A stretch of DNA of 64,000 bases from Antedon mediterranea (taxonomy: Eukaryota > Animalia > Echinodermata): contig NC_092672.1 of NCBI RefSeq assembly GCF_964355755.1, positions 33,672,437-33,736,436 on the forward strand. The letters are read 5' to 3'. Of the stretch, positions 25,026 through 36,701 are shown piece by piece (the stretch's first letter is position 1; every line of letters begins with the position of its first letter). The position numbers were made by a program, and so were the translations under genes. The notes beneath the pieces are model-generated. The model had not been told where the DNA came from. It saw only the letters and a list, made by a program, of their open reading frames with translations, and ran no database searches.

Positions 25026-27095
25026 CAGGGGCGGACCAATGGGTGTCATTTAACAATTCGCTTCGACACAGGTCACTCACACGGGTCCTGTGGCTCAAAT
25101 ACTCAGTGTCTACAGCGCTGGATGCGATTTTTTTTTCGTACATAAGTTGGGGACCCCTCATGAAACGTCACAAAATAAACATGAATAATTCATCAGTTAA
25201 ATTTGTTGTTCCGTGTGCACGGTTTTGTTGATGATATCCCTTGTTGCAAAATCAATATTTCAAATCACCAATGGAACTGTTATAATAAATAAATACATAC
25301 CATAAATATTTATGATAGTCAGATTACCCTCTCCAGTCAATAAAGTTCATCGATATCGTCTACTAGCTCTACATTCCAGTCCTTTGTATTCTCACATCCA
25401 TCACCACACTCATATGCATCAGTACAAAGCAAGTTGTTTTTCTTATTACAACTACAGCGATTTGTTGAGCATGAACCATTGCAGGTACATCGACGAATTT
25501 CTAGAAGAGCTTCTGGTGCTGGTGGATTGTTGCAAAATACCGGCTTCAAGTGACCATCTTCTAGTTGCCAGGAGTAGTCAGTTGCTGGTGGAATAGATGG
25601 AATTGGCTTGCATGATGAATTCCATACAATAGACATGTAGTATTCTTTTTCCACGTGTGGTCTAAGAGTTCCCATGGTTGGAGGTAATTGTTGTCCTTCC
25701 TTGCCTTTCCGTGCAAATAACATCCATCTCAAGTCTGTGACATAATCTGCCTTGATCTTAGAAGTACTGTATAATATGCAAACATATCTTTCCATTTGCC
25801 TGAAAATCCAATTTGGTATTTCAGAGGTCAGTCCATATACAGCAAATGCATCTAGTATTTCATCGTCAAATTTCATAAGTGCTTAATTGAAATGGGCGGA
25901 CACTCCTTTTCCAGCAAATGTACATGTGTTATCTGTACCTTTAAATGTGTACCATCCAATCAGTGCTGCTGATATTTGTTTTCCAAGTCGGTAATAGCAT
26001 TCCCATATAGGTATTTTTTCCCCTCTTTTCCTACAAAATGTGGTCATTGGAGGAAGTAGAGGATAGCTTCCTGTTAAAAGGATAAAGACATCAGTATCTA
26101 CAGAAAATATGTCAACATTGGCACTTGGGTCTTTGTTCATACAATCAAAGGCATTCAATAAGACCAGTTGGTCCCCTTCTTCCAACGTTTGTTGTCCGTG
26201 TATCATCTCTGGCATCATGATAATTTCTGAGAGATTGCAGTTTGCCATCATGGATGTGTGATGTGTTACTAGGACCTTCTTCGTGTTGTTCTTCAAGTGA
26301 TTAAGTATCTTCTCTGACAGGTATTTTGTAAGTTCAGCTTTGGTCTCTATGTGCGATAAAAATGTTTTAATGTTCTTAATCTCAGTGTTGTCATTGACAT
26401 GGTAGTGAATGGTAGTTGTTTTCTGTGTTCTCTTATCTCGTGTAGATTCTTTTAAAGATCCTGATAGATACTGATCAAATAAAAGACGAACTTCATCATA
26501 TGGTTTGCTCATACCAACAATCAGGTTAACAAATTCAGATGCAAAGTCAGAAGCATTGAACTTATCAGACACCTTCTTTACATTATTATACAAGTAAATG
26601 TACATGTACTAATAATAAGTATGATTTCCCAGCAAACACTGTCTAAATCGGTTTAAAAAACACACCATTTATACTCATGAAATCTAATCTGCTTGAACTT
26701 TCAGCCAATCACAGGCTAGGATTATGTATAGAGATAATGAGTGGCTTTTATTTATTTTAAAACTTTAATTTCCAAGCTTAAGTGAATGTTTTAAAGCATC
26801 AATAATTGAAAAATCAATAATGTGTTACTATGGATGTTCTGAGCAATCTGTCGAAAAATGTCATCTATATTCAACATGTTGTGGATATCACACATATGGT
26901 CAAAGGTCAGATATGGTTTTTCCGGCCATCTTGAATTTTGAAAAAGCGCCCCCAGCGAATGAACAACGCGTTTAGAATTTGGACAACAAGTTGGAAGTTG
27001 TTTCTTGTGATGTCCTTGATCACTTAAAAGTGAAAAATCAAACTTGGCTAAATATATGAAGTAAAGTTAATATAGTGACAAATGCTGCCTGACTA
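25026..27095 (-). mobile_element. Second, divergent AcademX-like remnant (ORF pieces 25337-26605)
   Basis: Motifs LLFDQY..SLKESTRDKR, EEGDQLV, DTDVFILL, GTDNT, LPPT, W...GHLKP, and CTCNG.CSTNRCSC..NLLCT; stop at about 25883. Terminus tagtcaggc at 27095 (minus strand). Possible TATA TSD at 25022-25025 and 27096-27099. Confidence 0.72.
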
Positions 27096-29006
27096 TATAT
27101 TAAAATCACGTTTGTTTTACTTGAGACCACAAGACACGATAACTACATACATGGTCCAAATTAATAATTTAATATTCTATAGATTAACGCAATTTTTAAT
27201 GACAGGAGGTGGCAGGCCAATATGATAATTCAAATATAAAAATTGCATATTTTATTAATATTACCAACTACTTAAAATTACCGGTCGTAAGAAAGTGAAA
27301 TGTTCGTAGTCCAATTGTGATTAAATTAAAACAGAATTGTTCAGCAATATATTGTTGTTGTTGTTGTTAATTAACATGACAATAGAACAATCAGACTGCG
27401 CACACGATGTCTACGTGGCTACGTTTTGTTCTCAAAAAATGTATAGAGGGCCGCGGTTAGAGACACGGAGTTCAATGAGCGTGTTTGTTTGATTGGCAGC
27501 AGAGCCATATATTATGGCTCTGATTGGCAGCAGTGCTTTGGTATAGGCAAGCGCGTTGGAAAATCGTTTGATGTCACAGTCGATTCATATCCGTCTATTC
27601 CTTAATCCATGCCTAAACAAATTCGATAGGCTCGTTGTCCAACAAGTGATGATGTTACGAAGGCTGACCTGGGTGTGTTGATTGGCTACTTTGTTAACGT
27701 AACAAAATAGTTTGTTTGCCTCCTGTTAGACTTGCCCCAAGTCTGTATTCATTGTCTTTTTTATTTTTTTTTTATTTCGATCTTTGCGTATCCAAGCTCA
27801 AGTAGTATACGTATAAAACGCCATATGTGCAAAAATATTTATCTTTTTACTAAAATTAAGACAAAACTTCATCTGGAACCAACCCAAACTATCCCTCCGT
27901 GAGTATGGAGACCACGCCCACAAGTTCCGAGAAACACACACTGTTTATTTCAGATTCTAATTAGTTCAGGGTTACATCAAGTGGTTAAATGCAGAACCAA
28001 CTTTATATACATCATCGAGTAAAAATGATAGAACGTGGACGCGCGATTTACCGAATTTTGCCCTTACGTAAATGTATAGATGCAGCTAGGTCAATAGCAA
28101 CAAGGCCTACTATCTTCTATCCACTATATTCATTTGAAATTGTAATGAGTTGCCTTAACAGATATAACGACAATTTGTGGTTTATATGGCACAACTCTAC
28201 ACATACAGTAGACCAATGTAATGCGAATAATGTATTTCAATAACTATCAATAATACTCAATACATGGGAATCAAAGCAAGAACGAACAAACATCGCCAGC
28301 GTACTAACGCATATATTTAGGCCTAAAGCTTCAGAAAAATTAAATAAATTGTTTTCAGAAACAATGCATATTCAAAATATTAATTATCAATTATAGCAGT
28401 TATATTAGTGTAGAAATATTATAGGCCTACCTATGATCAATTAATCAATCAATTTTCAAAATAGCAGATAGAAAGCAATTCCAGATTTTTTTAAATAAAT
28501 CAATCAGCTAGAGATTTATTCATATTATTATTATTATATAGCAGTATAAGGAATATAAATTATCAAATGTTAAATATAGCATCTATATTCGTTTAGACAT
28601 TTCTATTTATATAACAAATATAAATCATTTACAGAACCAAAAATATCAAATATAGCTAGCTATAGCAGTGTAACAACATTATACTTATAGAGGCATCAGA
28701 CATTTCAGAGTACCTAAATTATAAAGCAAAGTTCGAGAAAGAAATATTAAGCTACTCAGTAGCAACAGACTTAAATTCAAATACTTAATAAAAATAGCTG
28801 ATATAAATAAAACGTTTGTAATGTTTTATGTAAGATAAATGTGCATGTGAAATTAAAATTAATTATCCTTCGAATTATACACATCTGGGCAAGTTTTAAC
28901 CATTTATTCATACTGCCAATTTAGGTTGTTTCATCTTAGAAATTAGAAATCAATAACATAACTACCACAACCGCTTTATGTAAAAAGAAAAACAGAATCA
29001 GAGCCG

Positions 29007-30272
29007 TTAACCAAACGCATGAAGCTTGTAATACCCTCTGTCAACAACAGAAAGGCGCCCATATGGGGCCCGGTGATGAACATTTGCATTTTTCAGTATG
29101 ACGCCTACTGCCGGATAATGAGTGCAACCCGTCCGAAGATAAGCCGGCAAATTATTGTAAATTTCTTTAGCTCCATACCATCTCCAAAAACTTGCAATTG
29201 AGACAGAGTTGAAGGCGTCTCTGGCGTACGATTTACTACTGCTCGGTTCTTCTTTAGAACGGCTTGCTACGACGATGTTTCTGCCATGGTTGCGGAATAA
29301 AGTATACCCGCCGCAAAATTTCACCCAATGATTCTTTTCTCCGTAAATTTCGTTGTAAACACCAATGTGCCAATATCTCCAATCGTATTTGTCAGTGAGG
29401 AATTCATAAGTTTCCTTAACAAAGTCAATGTTACTTTTGCCATTTAACAAAGCCAACTTGTTATTTAAATCGGTTAGGAGCTGTTGTTTCCAAACATCTC
29501 TCACTTGTGTGTCTACGTATTTTATATGGTTAAGTAACTGGTTAATTTTGCCTTCCCAAAGATCTTTTTCATCTTCATATGTGGCATCTTCACCTATGAC
29601 TTTCAGATACGCTAGATGGACTTTCACACCCTGTAATATTAATTGCATTACTCCTGTCAACATTTTTTGAACTCGTCCTCGGTGACTGTCTGTATATTTT
29701 ATGGCTGTTTTCGGAATGTTAAAAACCAGAGGAGATTGTCCCATCATACCACGCCAGAGGTTTACTGTTGCGCTATCTAACTGACCTGAGTAAGCAGCGA
29801 TAAATAATTCCTTCTGTCCTTGAATTGCATCAGTAGGAGCGTCGAGAAACTGTTGTAGGCGATGAGACAAACCATATATTTCGAATACATATTGTCCATA
29901 CTGAGCTTTCAGAGATGTTTCTTGAATAAGATGTTTCACTTCTTCAAACTTTGTAAACACTTTGTCGAATTTTTCGTCTATGTTTTGGAATTCTTTCTTC
30001 ATTAATTGCAATTCAGCAGACGGAGAAGTTGGCAACAATATAGAAACCAACGCCATTGCTGGCCCGATGGCACCTAAGAATGGTCCAATATGCTTGGCTA
30101 ACTTGACGATTGTATTACTAAAATGACTGGACAACTCGTCATTAGCACTAAAAATGTCGACGATCGCATTTCCGGCTTTTACACCAACTCTGACCTTAGC
30201 GATAACTTCTGCTTCATCCTCTCCGTAGATCGACGGAGTAAAAACCAAAATGCATAACAATGCAATATACAT
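29007..30272 (-). CDS. Secreted SE-cephalotoxin/rapunzel-like protein, paralog 2 (421 aa)
   Basis: Intact ORF with the same splice acceptor and identical signal peptide to paralog 1; about 75% amino acid identity over the first ~265 residues (hand count). Confidence 0.72.
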   Translation of the reverse strand: MYIALLCILVFTPSIYGEDEAEVIAKVRVGVKAGNAIVDIFSANDELSSHFSNTIVKLAKHIGPFLGAIGPAMALVSILLPTSPSAELQLMKKEFQNIDEKFDKVFTKFEEVKHLIQETSLKAQYGQYVFEIYGLSHRLQQFLDAPTDAIQGQKELFIAAYSGQLDSATVNLWRGMMGQSPLVFNIPKTAIKYTDSHRGRVQKMLTGVMQLILQGVKVHLAYLKVIGEDATYEDEKDLWEGKINQLLNHIKYVDTQVRDVWKQQLLTDLNNKLALLNGKSNIDFVKETYEFLTDKYDWRYWHIGVYNEIYGEKNHWVKFCGGYTLFRNHGRNIVVASRSKEEPSSSKSYARDAFNSVSIASFWRWYGAKEIYNNLPAYLRTGCTHYPAVGVILKNANVHHRAPYGRLSVVDRGYYKLHAFG

Positions 30273-32888
30273 GGTCAAATTCTTTCTGAGCCTGAAAAGA
30301 CAAAATTCCATATAAAAGAGCTACAGGAAATCAATTTTAGATCTACAACTGAGTAGAAATACAGGATTATTCTAGCACGTCACCTACGTTTTCAACATGG
30401 TAATTTAACATAACAAAATGATTAAAATGTTATAAACCAAAGAAATTGTTTGCTTTTCGGAAGAGACCAGTCGACGTCATCATGCGTTAGAAACACAAAA
30501 TTACATAGGAAAACAGAAATCGTCCTACGGAAAATAATTTTACTTTGGTTAGTTGAGAAGCCATTGAGTATAGCTAATGTTCGTTTTGAAACTTGAAATA
30601 TTGTTGTCCGTATTCTGAGCAAAGTTATGGCGGAGCTGTCTATTTAGTGTCAAATTGTTTAAACTATACATGTTTATAGTGACACTTTCTGAACATTTTG
30701 TTGAAAAAGACCGGAAATTCCATTTTGTTACCATATATAATTGTCATACATAAAAAAAACATTTTTTTTGCAAATTTGTTGAGGTTAAGCCCTATATTTT
30801 CATATTTTGACCCGACTAACATGTCTTTGTTAAAATGTGAGCAAACTTCTAGATGCATCCAGAAACAAAAAAGCAGCAAAAAATCTTGATGAGGAGAGCT
30901 AAGTTTTTCATTCAGCCGATTATCCGGACTTTATCTATTTCCGAAGTATCATAATAATTTGGTAATACATCACATGTGTTTCACATGTATCTAGTAACAA
31001 CACGTACCCACTTGATACAGGCACCACATGTGATATAAATGAGATACTGCATTACCAAATATGCCTTGATACTTCTTAAATATACAGCATTGTGAATCGG
31101 ATGTTACGAGTGTATCGAAACTGTGGAACCTTTTGCTAGAAACTGTGAAGCTTTAAAATTCACTATAATCTTAATAATAATTAACATTACTCGTATTTGA
31201 CACCCCCCCCCCCCCTCATGCATATAAAGAAAAAAAAGGTATCACAAAGTGTGACATGTAGTGTTACAAAGTGCGACTGTGCAATGTAAAGTGCGATAGA
31301 TCAGTTATTACAAAGTGCGATCACTTTCACTACAAAGTGCGAAATGAATACAAGCGCGAAAACATTTTTAGAAAGTGCGATAGATATTTCAAAGTGCGAA
31401 CACGTTATTAAAAAGTACTATAGGTACCTATTACAAAGTGGAAAGTGCGACAGCTATTACACAAAAGTTCGACATAACATTTGGTTAGCAAATAATATGC
31501 TATATGTTATATAAAAACATGGAAACTACTAAGTAGACAATGATAGAAAGTGCACTTTCGAACGAAATGAATACAACAAAAATGAAATAGCAACAGTTGC
31601 AGACGGAAACCTAAAGTAGCTTGATTTTCAATGGTAACGATAGGGCTCTAGTAGCCCTAGATAGGAGAAGTGGTGTTTATGATTTACCCATAAATAAAGC
31701 ATGCCGGGAAAGTTTGCATTGTCAAGAAAAGGTTACGTAATCATATGACGTCATGTTAACCATAATTTGGCGTCACCAAAAAAAATAAACATTTTTTGTA
31801 GTTCTAAATATAAAAATAATTGGCGAGTATACAACTGTAATACTTATTATGTTTGAAGTATATACTAAAAATGGCATTTGCACAATTGTAATATGACCAT
31901 CGTTAATCGATTTTGATAGAGAGGTTTAATGTAATGTGGTGGAAAAGTCACATTTTAATCAATAAAAGGTAATATATTTTATCCCATTATATAATTTCAG
32001 TCAATATTATTTTTTTCCTAATCTAATTTATCTTTGCATAATAAAGATAAATATTTTTTCTGTAAAACGTTTTTGTTAAAACCTAAAACTAAATTTTCTA
32101 TTATTTCATAAATATATCTCCCATTATACATAGTGTAAATTGAATTGGCTTTTATTACACTAACCCACGAATACATTATAAAATCATCCTACTAACATAC
32201 ATTTACCTATTTAATTTCTTTCCTAAATAATAATGTCATTACCTTCGTCTGTTCTTTTGACCTTAACTTGCCAATTACTTCTACAGGTAGATCGTTCTGA
32301 AGAGATTGTGTTGTTGCTAGTGTTTCGACGTTTAGGCTTCAGTCGAAAAATAGTATCTACAATCCAAACAAGAGCGAGCATATTTATATGATTGGAAAAT
32401 GAAGATTGCTTTTGATTGGTGGAAAGCAAAGCATACATTTGGACAACAAACCAATCACTCGCGAGTTTGTTTTTTTTTTCAAAGGCGTTAAACACAGTTG
32501 TAAGCCACTAAAATTTATTTTTTAAGAAGCAAATTGAGGTTTTGATGAATTTCAAAAAGTAATTTGGTCAATGATCATCATTGGCGAAATTGATACTGTA
32601 CACATTTTTTTGCTTGACTTGTCCGAGAGTTAACGTTGTGCAATTCTTCCTTTTTAATATTGTATTTTTAATAGTTTTAATAATGTTATGATAAAATCTT
32701 TTAATCAGCTGTATGTAATATATAACCTTGCTTTTACTGTATTTTTTGTATTTTGTTAGTATAGTGTAAAGTATATCTTTTTTTTAAATAGTTCATGCCA
32801 GTTTCAAATGTATTTCCATTTTATATTACTATGGACAATAAAATAATATCAGTATCAGTAGTATCAGTATATTATATCAAACTGTTAA

Positions 32889-35800
32889 GAGCCATTGTCT
32901 GTAAAAATCAAAGATTTGGTGGCAGATGTAAAAAAATGGATTTCTCTCAAATTTTTACCATGAATAGACATTTCAATTAAAAGCATATCTACAGCATTCA
33001 TTTTAATTTTTAGCCTCCGTTGCCATGACAAGGGTCAATTATCAAAATTTTGATGTTTTTGCCATTTTTCACAGATTTTCAATAGTGAAAAAGTACAAAC
33101 TTGTATACTTATTTTAACCAAAAATACTTACAGTATACAGTTTTTGTTTATAGCAGTGTAAACAACATGTATTGAGATCCATTTAATGTAGAAAAAAAAA
33201 ATTACAAAATGGAGTTTGGTTGATACCATTATTGTAAAAAGGGGTGTTTTTAAAAAATATTTTTTTTATAAAAGTATACCTTATAAACGTACCTATAACT
33301 TCCAAAGTGGTGTTTTTAAATCAATGAGGTTTTTTAAGTTGATAGTTAATAAGTTTTTCAACAATAATCACGAAAAAAACACTGGGGTAAATTTCGTACA
33401 TAGGTTTTGTGTTGCCAGGAAAATACGAAAAATACAAAAAAATACAAGCAAAATATCAACAAACAAAACACATGAAACACAATTAAAATATGGCTAATCC
33501 AATAATAAAATATATATGTGGCTTGTCATAATGCTACTAGAGTCATACGAATAGTTTAGATAAAATAGGAGAATGTGTTGCCAGGTTTATTTCAATTAAT
33601 TGCCAGAAAAACAGTATTTTGCATTGAAATATTTAGTTGATGGAAAATAATGTTAAACTTTGAAATAATTGCGTCAATGGTTTTTATAAATTTTTAAATC
33701 TATTTTGTGTAAAGAGATACATAAAGACCTCACAAAAAATCTGACCTTGTAAATAGGTCATTTGAGGTCAAAAGGGGTCAGAATGCAAAACAGGACAGGT
33801 CCCCACTTTACTACAACTATTAATGTTTGATCAAAATCTATGTGTAACTAAGGAAAGTAATTTTTTAAAAAACGTAAAAAATGGCGTTTTTATAAATACA
33901 AAGAATTGATTGCATTTGTAATTTTTCTCAATTTTACTTCTACTGCATTCTATTAATGACAAGCTTTACCTTGTAAATTCATTCATTTTGAGGTCAAATG
34001 AGGTCAACATTTTACCATAGTAACTGTTTCTATGCAAAAATTATAAGGGGTTTTTCATAAATATAAAACATTTGTTCTACATAGTCTTGACAAATCTGAA
34101 TAAAGGTAAACAATTGACCTTTAATGTTATCTTAAACCTGTTTACGTAAGGATATTTAAAAGAAAATTAAATATGAAAAAAAAAAAAAATTTACATATTG
34201 AGGTCAAATGACATCAACATTTTACCTATAGTTTATTGTAGCTACTGTTTCTATACATAACTAAGTACAATATTTTTAATATGGGGTTTCATGACTACAA
34301 ACAATTGATTACATAGCTTTACTACTTTTTCCCAAATTTACTTATCTACTGAATCCCAGAAAATGTCTGACCTTGTGAAAGGGTGATTTGTTGGGTCAAG
34401 TTATGTCAAAATGTATTATTTATGTTATCTTAGAACCTGTTTCTATGCGTAACTAAGGATAATTGTTTTTTTAAATACAGTTGAACCTCCCGTAAGTGGC
34501 CACCCTCGGGACGTCCTGGAAAAGTGGCCGCTTACGTGTGGTGACCCCTTACGGGTGGTGACCCCTTACGGGTGGTGACTCCTTACGGGTGGTGACTCCT
34601 TACGGGAGGTTCTGCCGATAAAGGGCCAAAATCACGTATTATGGCTATAGGCCTATACGATATTCTTAACGAAACGAGCCTCTCAATTTCCCAGCTAATT
34701 GTAGGCCTATTATTATTTATAATCAGGTGGTTTAGTATTTTGTAGCATTTTCAGACAAATTTTAAAAGCTTTTATCATATGAAAAATGGTCGGTCAAAAT
34801 CTGTGTAGTTTTCTCATCTCTTCACAGCAATGTTTGTAAAACCTCTTCAAAATAAAGCTAATATATAAAGAAATACAATAAACATGCACCTCTAATTCAT
34901 AGGTCCATGCAATAAGTATCACATTTTTCGATTGGCCGCTTAAAAAAAATCTCATTTTTAGTATAAAAAGGTGCCCGCAGCTGCTTACGGTAAGCACCAA
35001 ATGCACTAATTAGATAGGAAGAACAAACAGGCTTTTCAAAATGCGTCCGTTAAGGGAGGTGGCCACTTACGGGAGGTGCCCGCTGTAAATAAAATATGGA
35101 GTTTTCATGAATAAAAATAATCACAGAAGAAAGTTCTTACGAATATGACCTTGTGAAACTGTAATTTGAAAATGCAAATAAGGCATGCCTGCAAATAATC
35201 TATAAATTTAAATTTGTATAAGATAAATATGCAAAATCTAAAGAATATCTCAATTTTAGTTACCATAGTAACTGTTGCTATGCATAACTATGGGAAATTA
35301 AATAATTATCAGATAATTATTAATTAATAATTAATACTGAATCCAACCATCACAGTAAAAAAAATATAGAATTTAAAACCAATATTTAATAATAAAGTGT
35401 GATATTTTACATGCTGACCTTAAATGAAATTAAATTTCAAGGGCATCAATATTTGTTATGTAGCATTAACATACCTGAGTATATCATTGACTTTTGATTG
35501 GTTCTATTTTGGGGAGGGAAAAGTGGTGGATCCAGGACTTGGAAATAGTTAGGGGGTTGAAGGCGAGGGTCTAACAACTTAACTTTATGTCCTATCTTTT
35601 GCATTGCAATTTTTAACTTGGGGTGGGTGGGGGCTTGGAGAAAGGGGAAGGGGGTGGGATGGAGGAGTTTGAAACTGTCTATTCATTGGGGCGATGGTAG
35701 CGGCAGTGTGGGTGATGCTTGAATGCATGCATTTGACACTCTATAGTGGATGATCGACCAAAGTGTTGCAGTTTATCGTTTTGTGGTTATAGTCGGGGTG

Positions 35801-36701
35801 GGGGAAGGGTGGTAGTCGAAAATGGTGGTGGATGGGAATGTGGGATCTGCTTAGGTTAGCAAGTAAAAGAAGTAAACAAATGAAAGAGGAGTTTCAAAAT
35901 AAGAGAGGAGTAATCTGTTGCAAAGATTAAAATTCACAACGATCTGATAATTTATTCAAATTTCCAGAGGATATAACCTATAAAATGACATTAAAACTGG
36001 GAATTACAGAATCTATAATTAAAAATATTTTTTTTCTCACAACACAACTAGAACTATATAAAACATTAAGAATTTTTCTGACAAATGAGTTTCAAATCAA
36101 ATAATCAAAGAAAATAAAATGTTTTTACTAATATACCATGTTTTTTTTTTATAAAAATGCCTATGTTTCTCGCAACACTGCTTGTAGATTTAAAAATTAC
36201 CCCAGTATTTTATTTTAGAAAACAATTAGTAAACATTAGAACTACCTATTTGTAATAAATCAGCTAAAAAAATACACCACTTTTGGCGTTATGGTGAAGT
36301 AAAGTTTAGTTGCATTGAACAATTTAAAAAAAGTGAAAAACATCCCTTTTTAAATAAATGGTATCTCCCAAAGTATGAAATAAAAAAAAATAAAAAAATA
36401 TGAAACAGGTACACAATGCATTGTTATTAGGCATACACTAATTATTTTTTATAATTAAATGAACAAAACAAAAATATCGTTCATCAAAATAGTACCAATA
36501 TCCATTTTAAAAAACCTTATAAAAGGACAAAATTTGTCAAAAACACAAATTTGGCCGTTGCCATGGAAATATATGTGTGAAATAAAAAATACTTCATATT
36601 TAATTTCTCTCAACACATATATAGCCATGTGCAAAATTTGAAGGAAATCCATTTTTTGAGTCTGCCACTCTTTTTGATATTTCTTTGATTCTTACTGGCT
36701 C
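32889..36701. mobile_element. Kolobok-like non-autonomous element (TTAA TSD, GAGCCA..TGGCTC ends)
   Basis: TTAA at 32885-32888 and 36702-36705. Long imperfect TIR (gtggcaga...aaaaaatggattt...caaattt). The paralog has the empty site ctgttgagtg at 23721-23730. Confidence 0.85.
34478..35085. mobile_element. Tc1/mariner-pogo-type MITE (TA TSD)
   Basis: TA|cagttgaacctcccgtaagtggccacc ... ggtggccacttacgggaggtgcccgctg|TA, with internal 18-bp repeats. Confidence 0.8.

Noticed and set aside
30273-30311. N-terminal extension MEFCLFRLRKNLT of paralog 2
   Set aside because: It crosses the splice acceptor, and the upstream ATG is not conserved in paralog 1.
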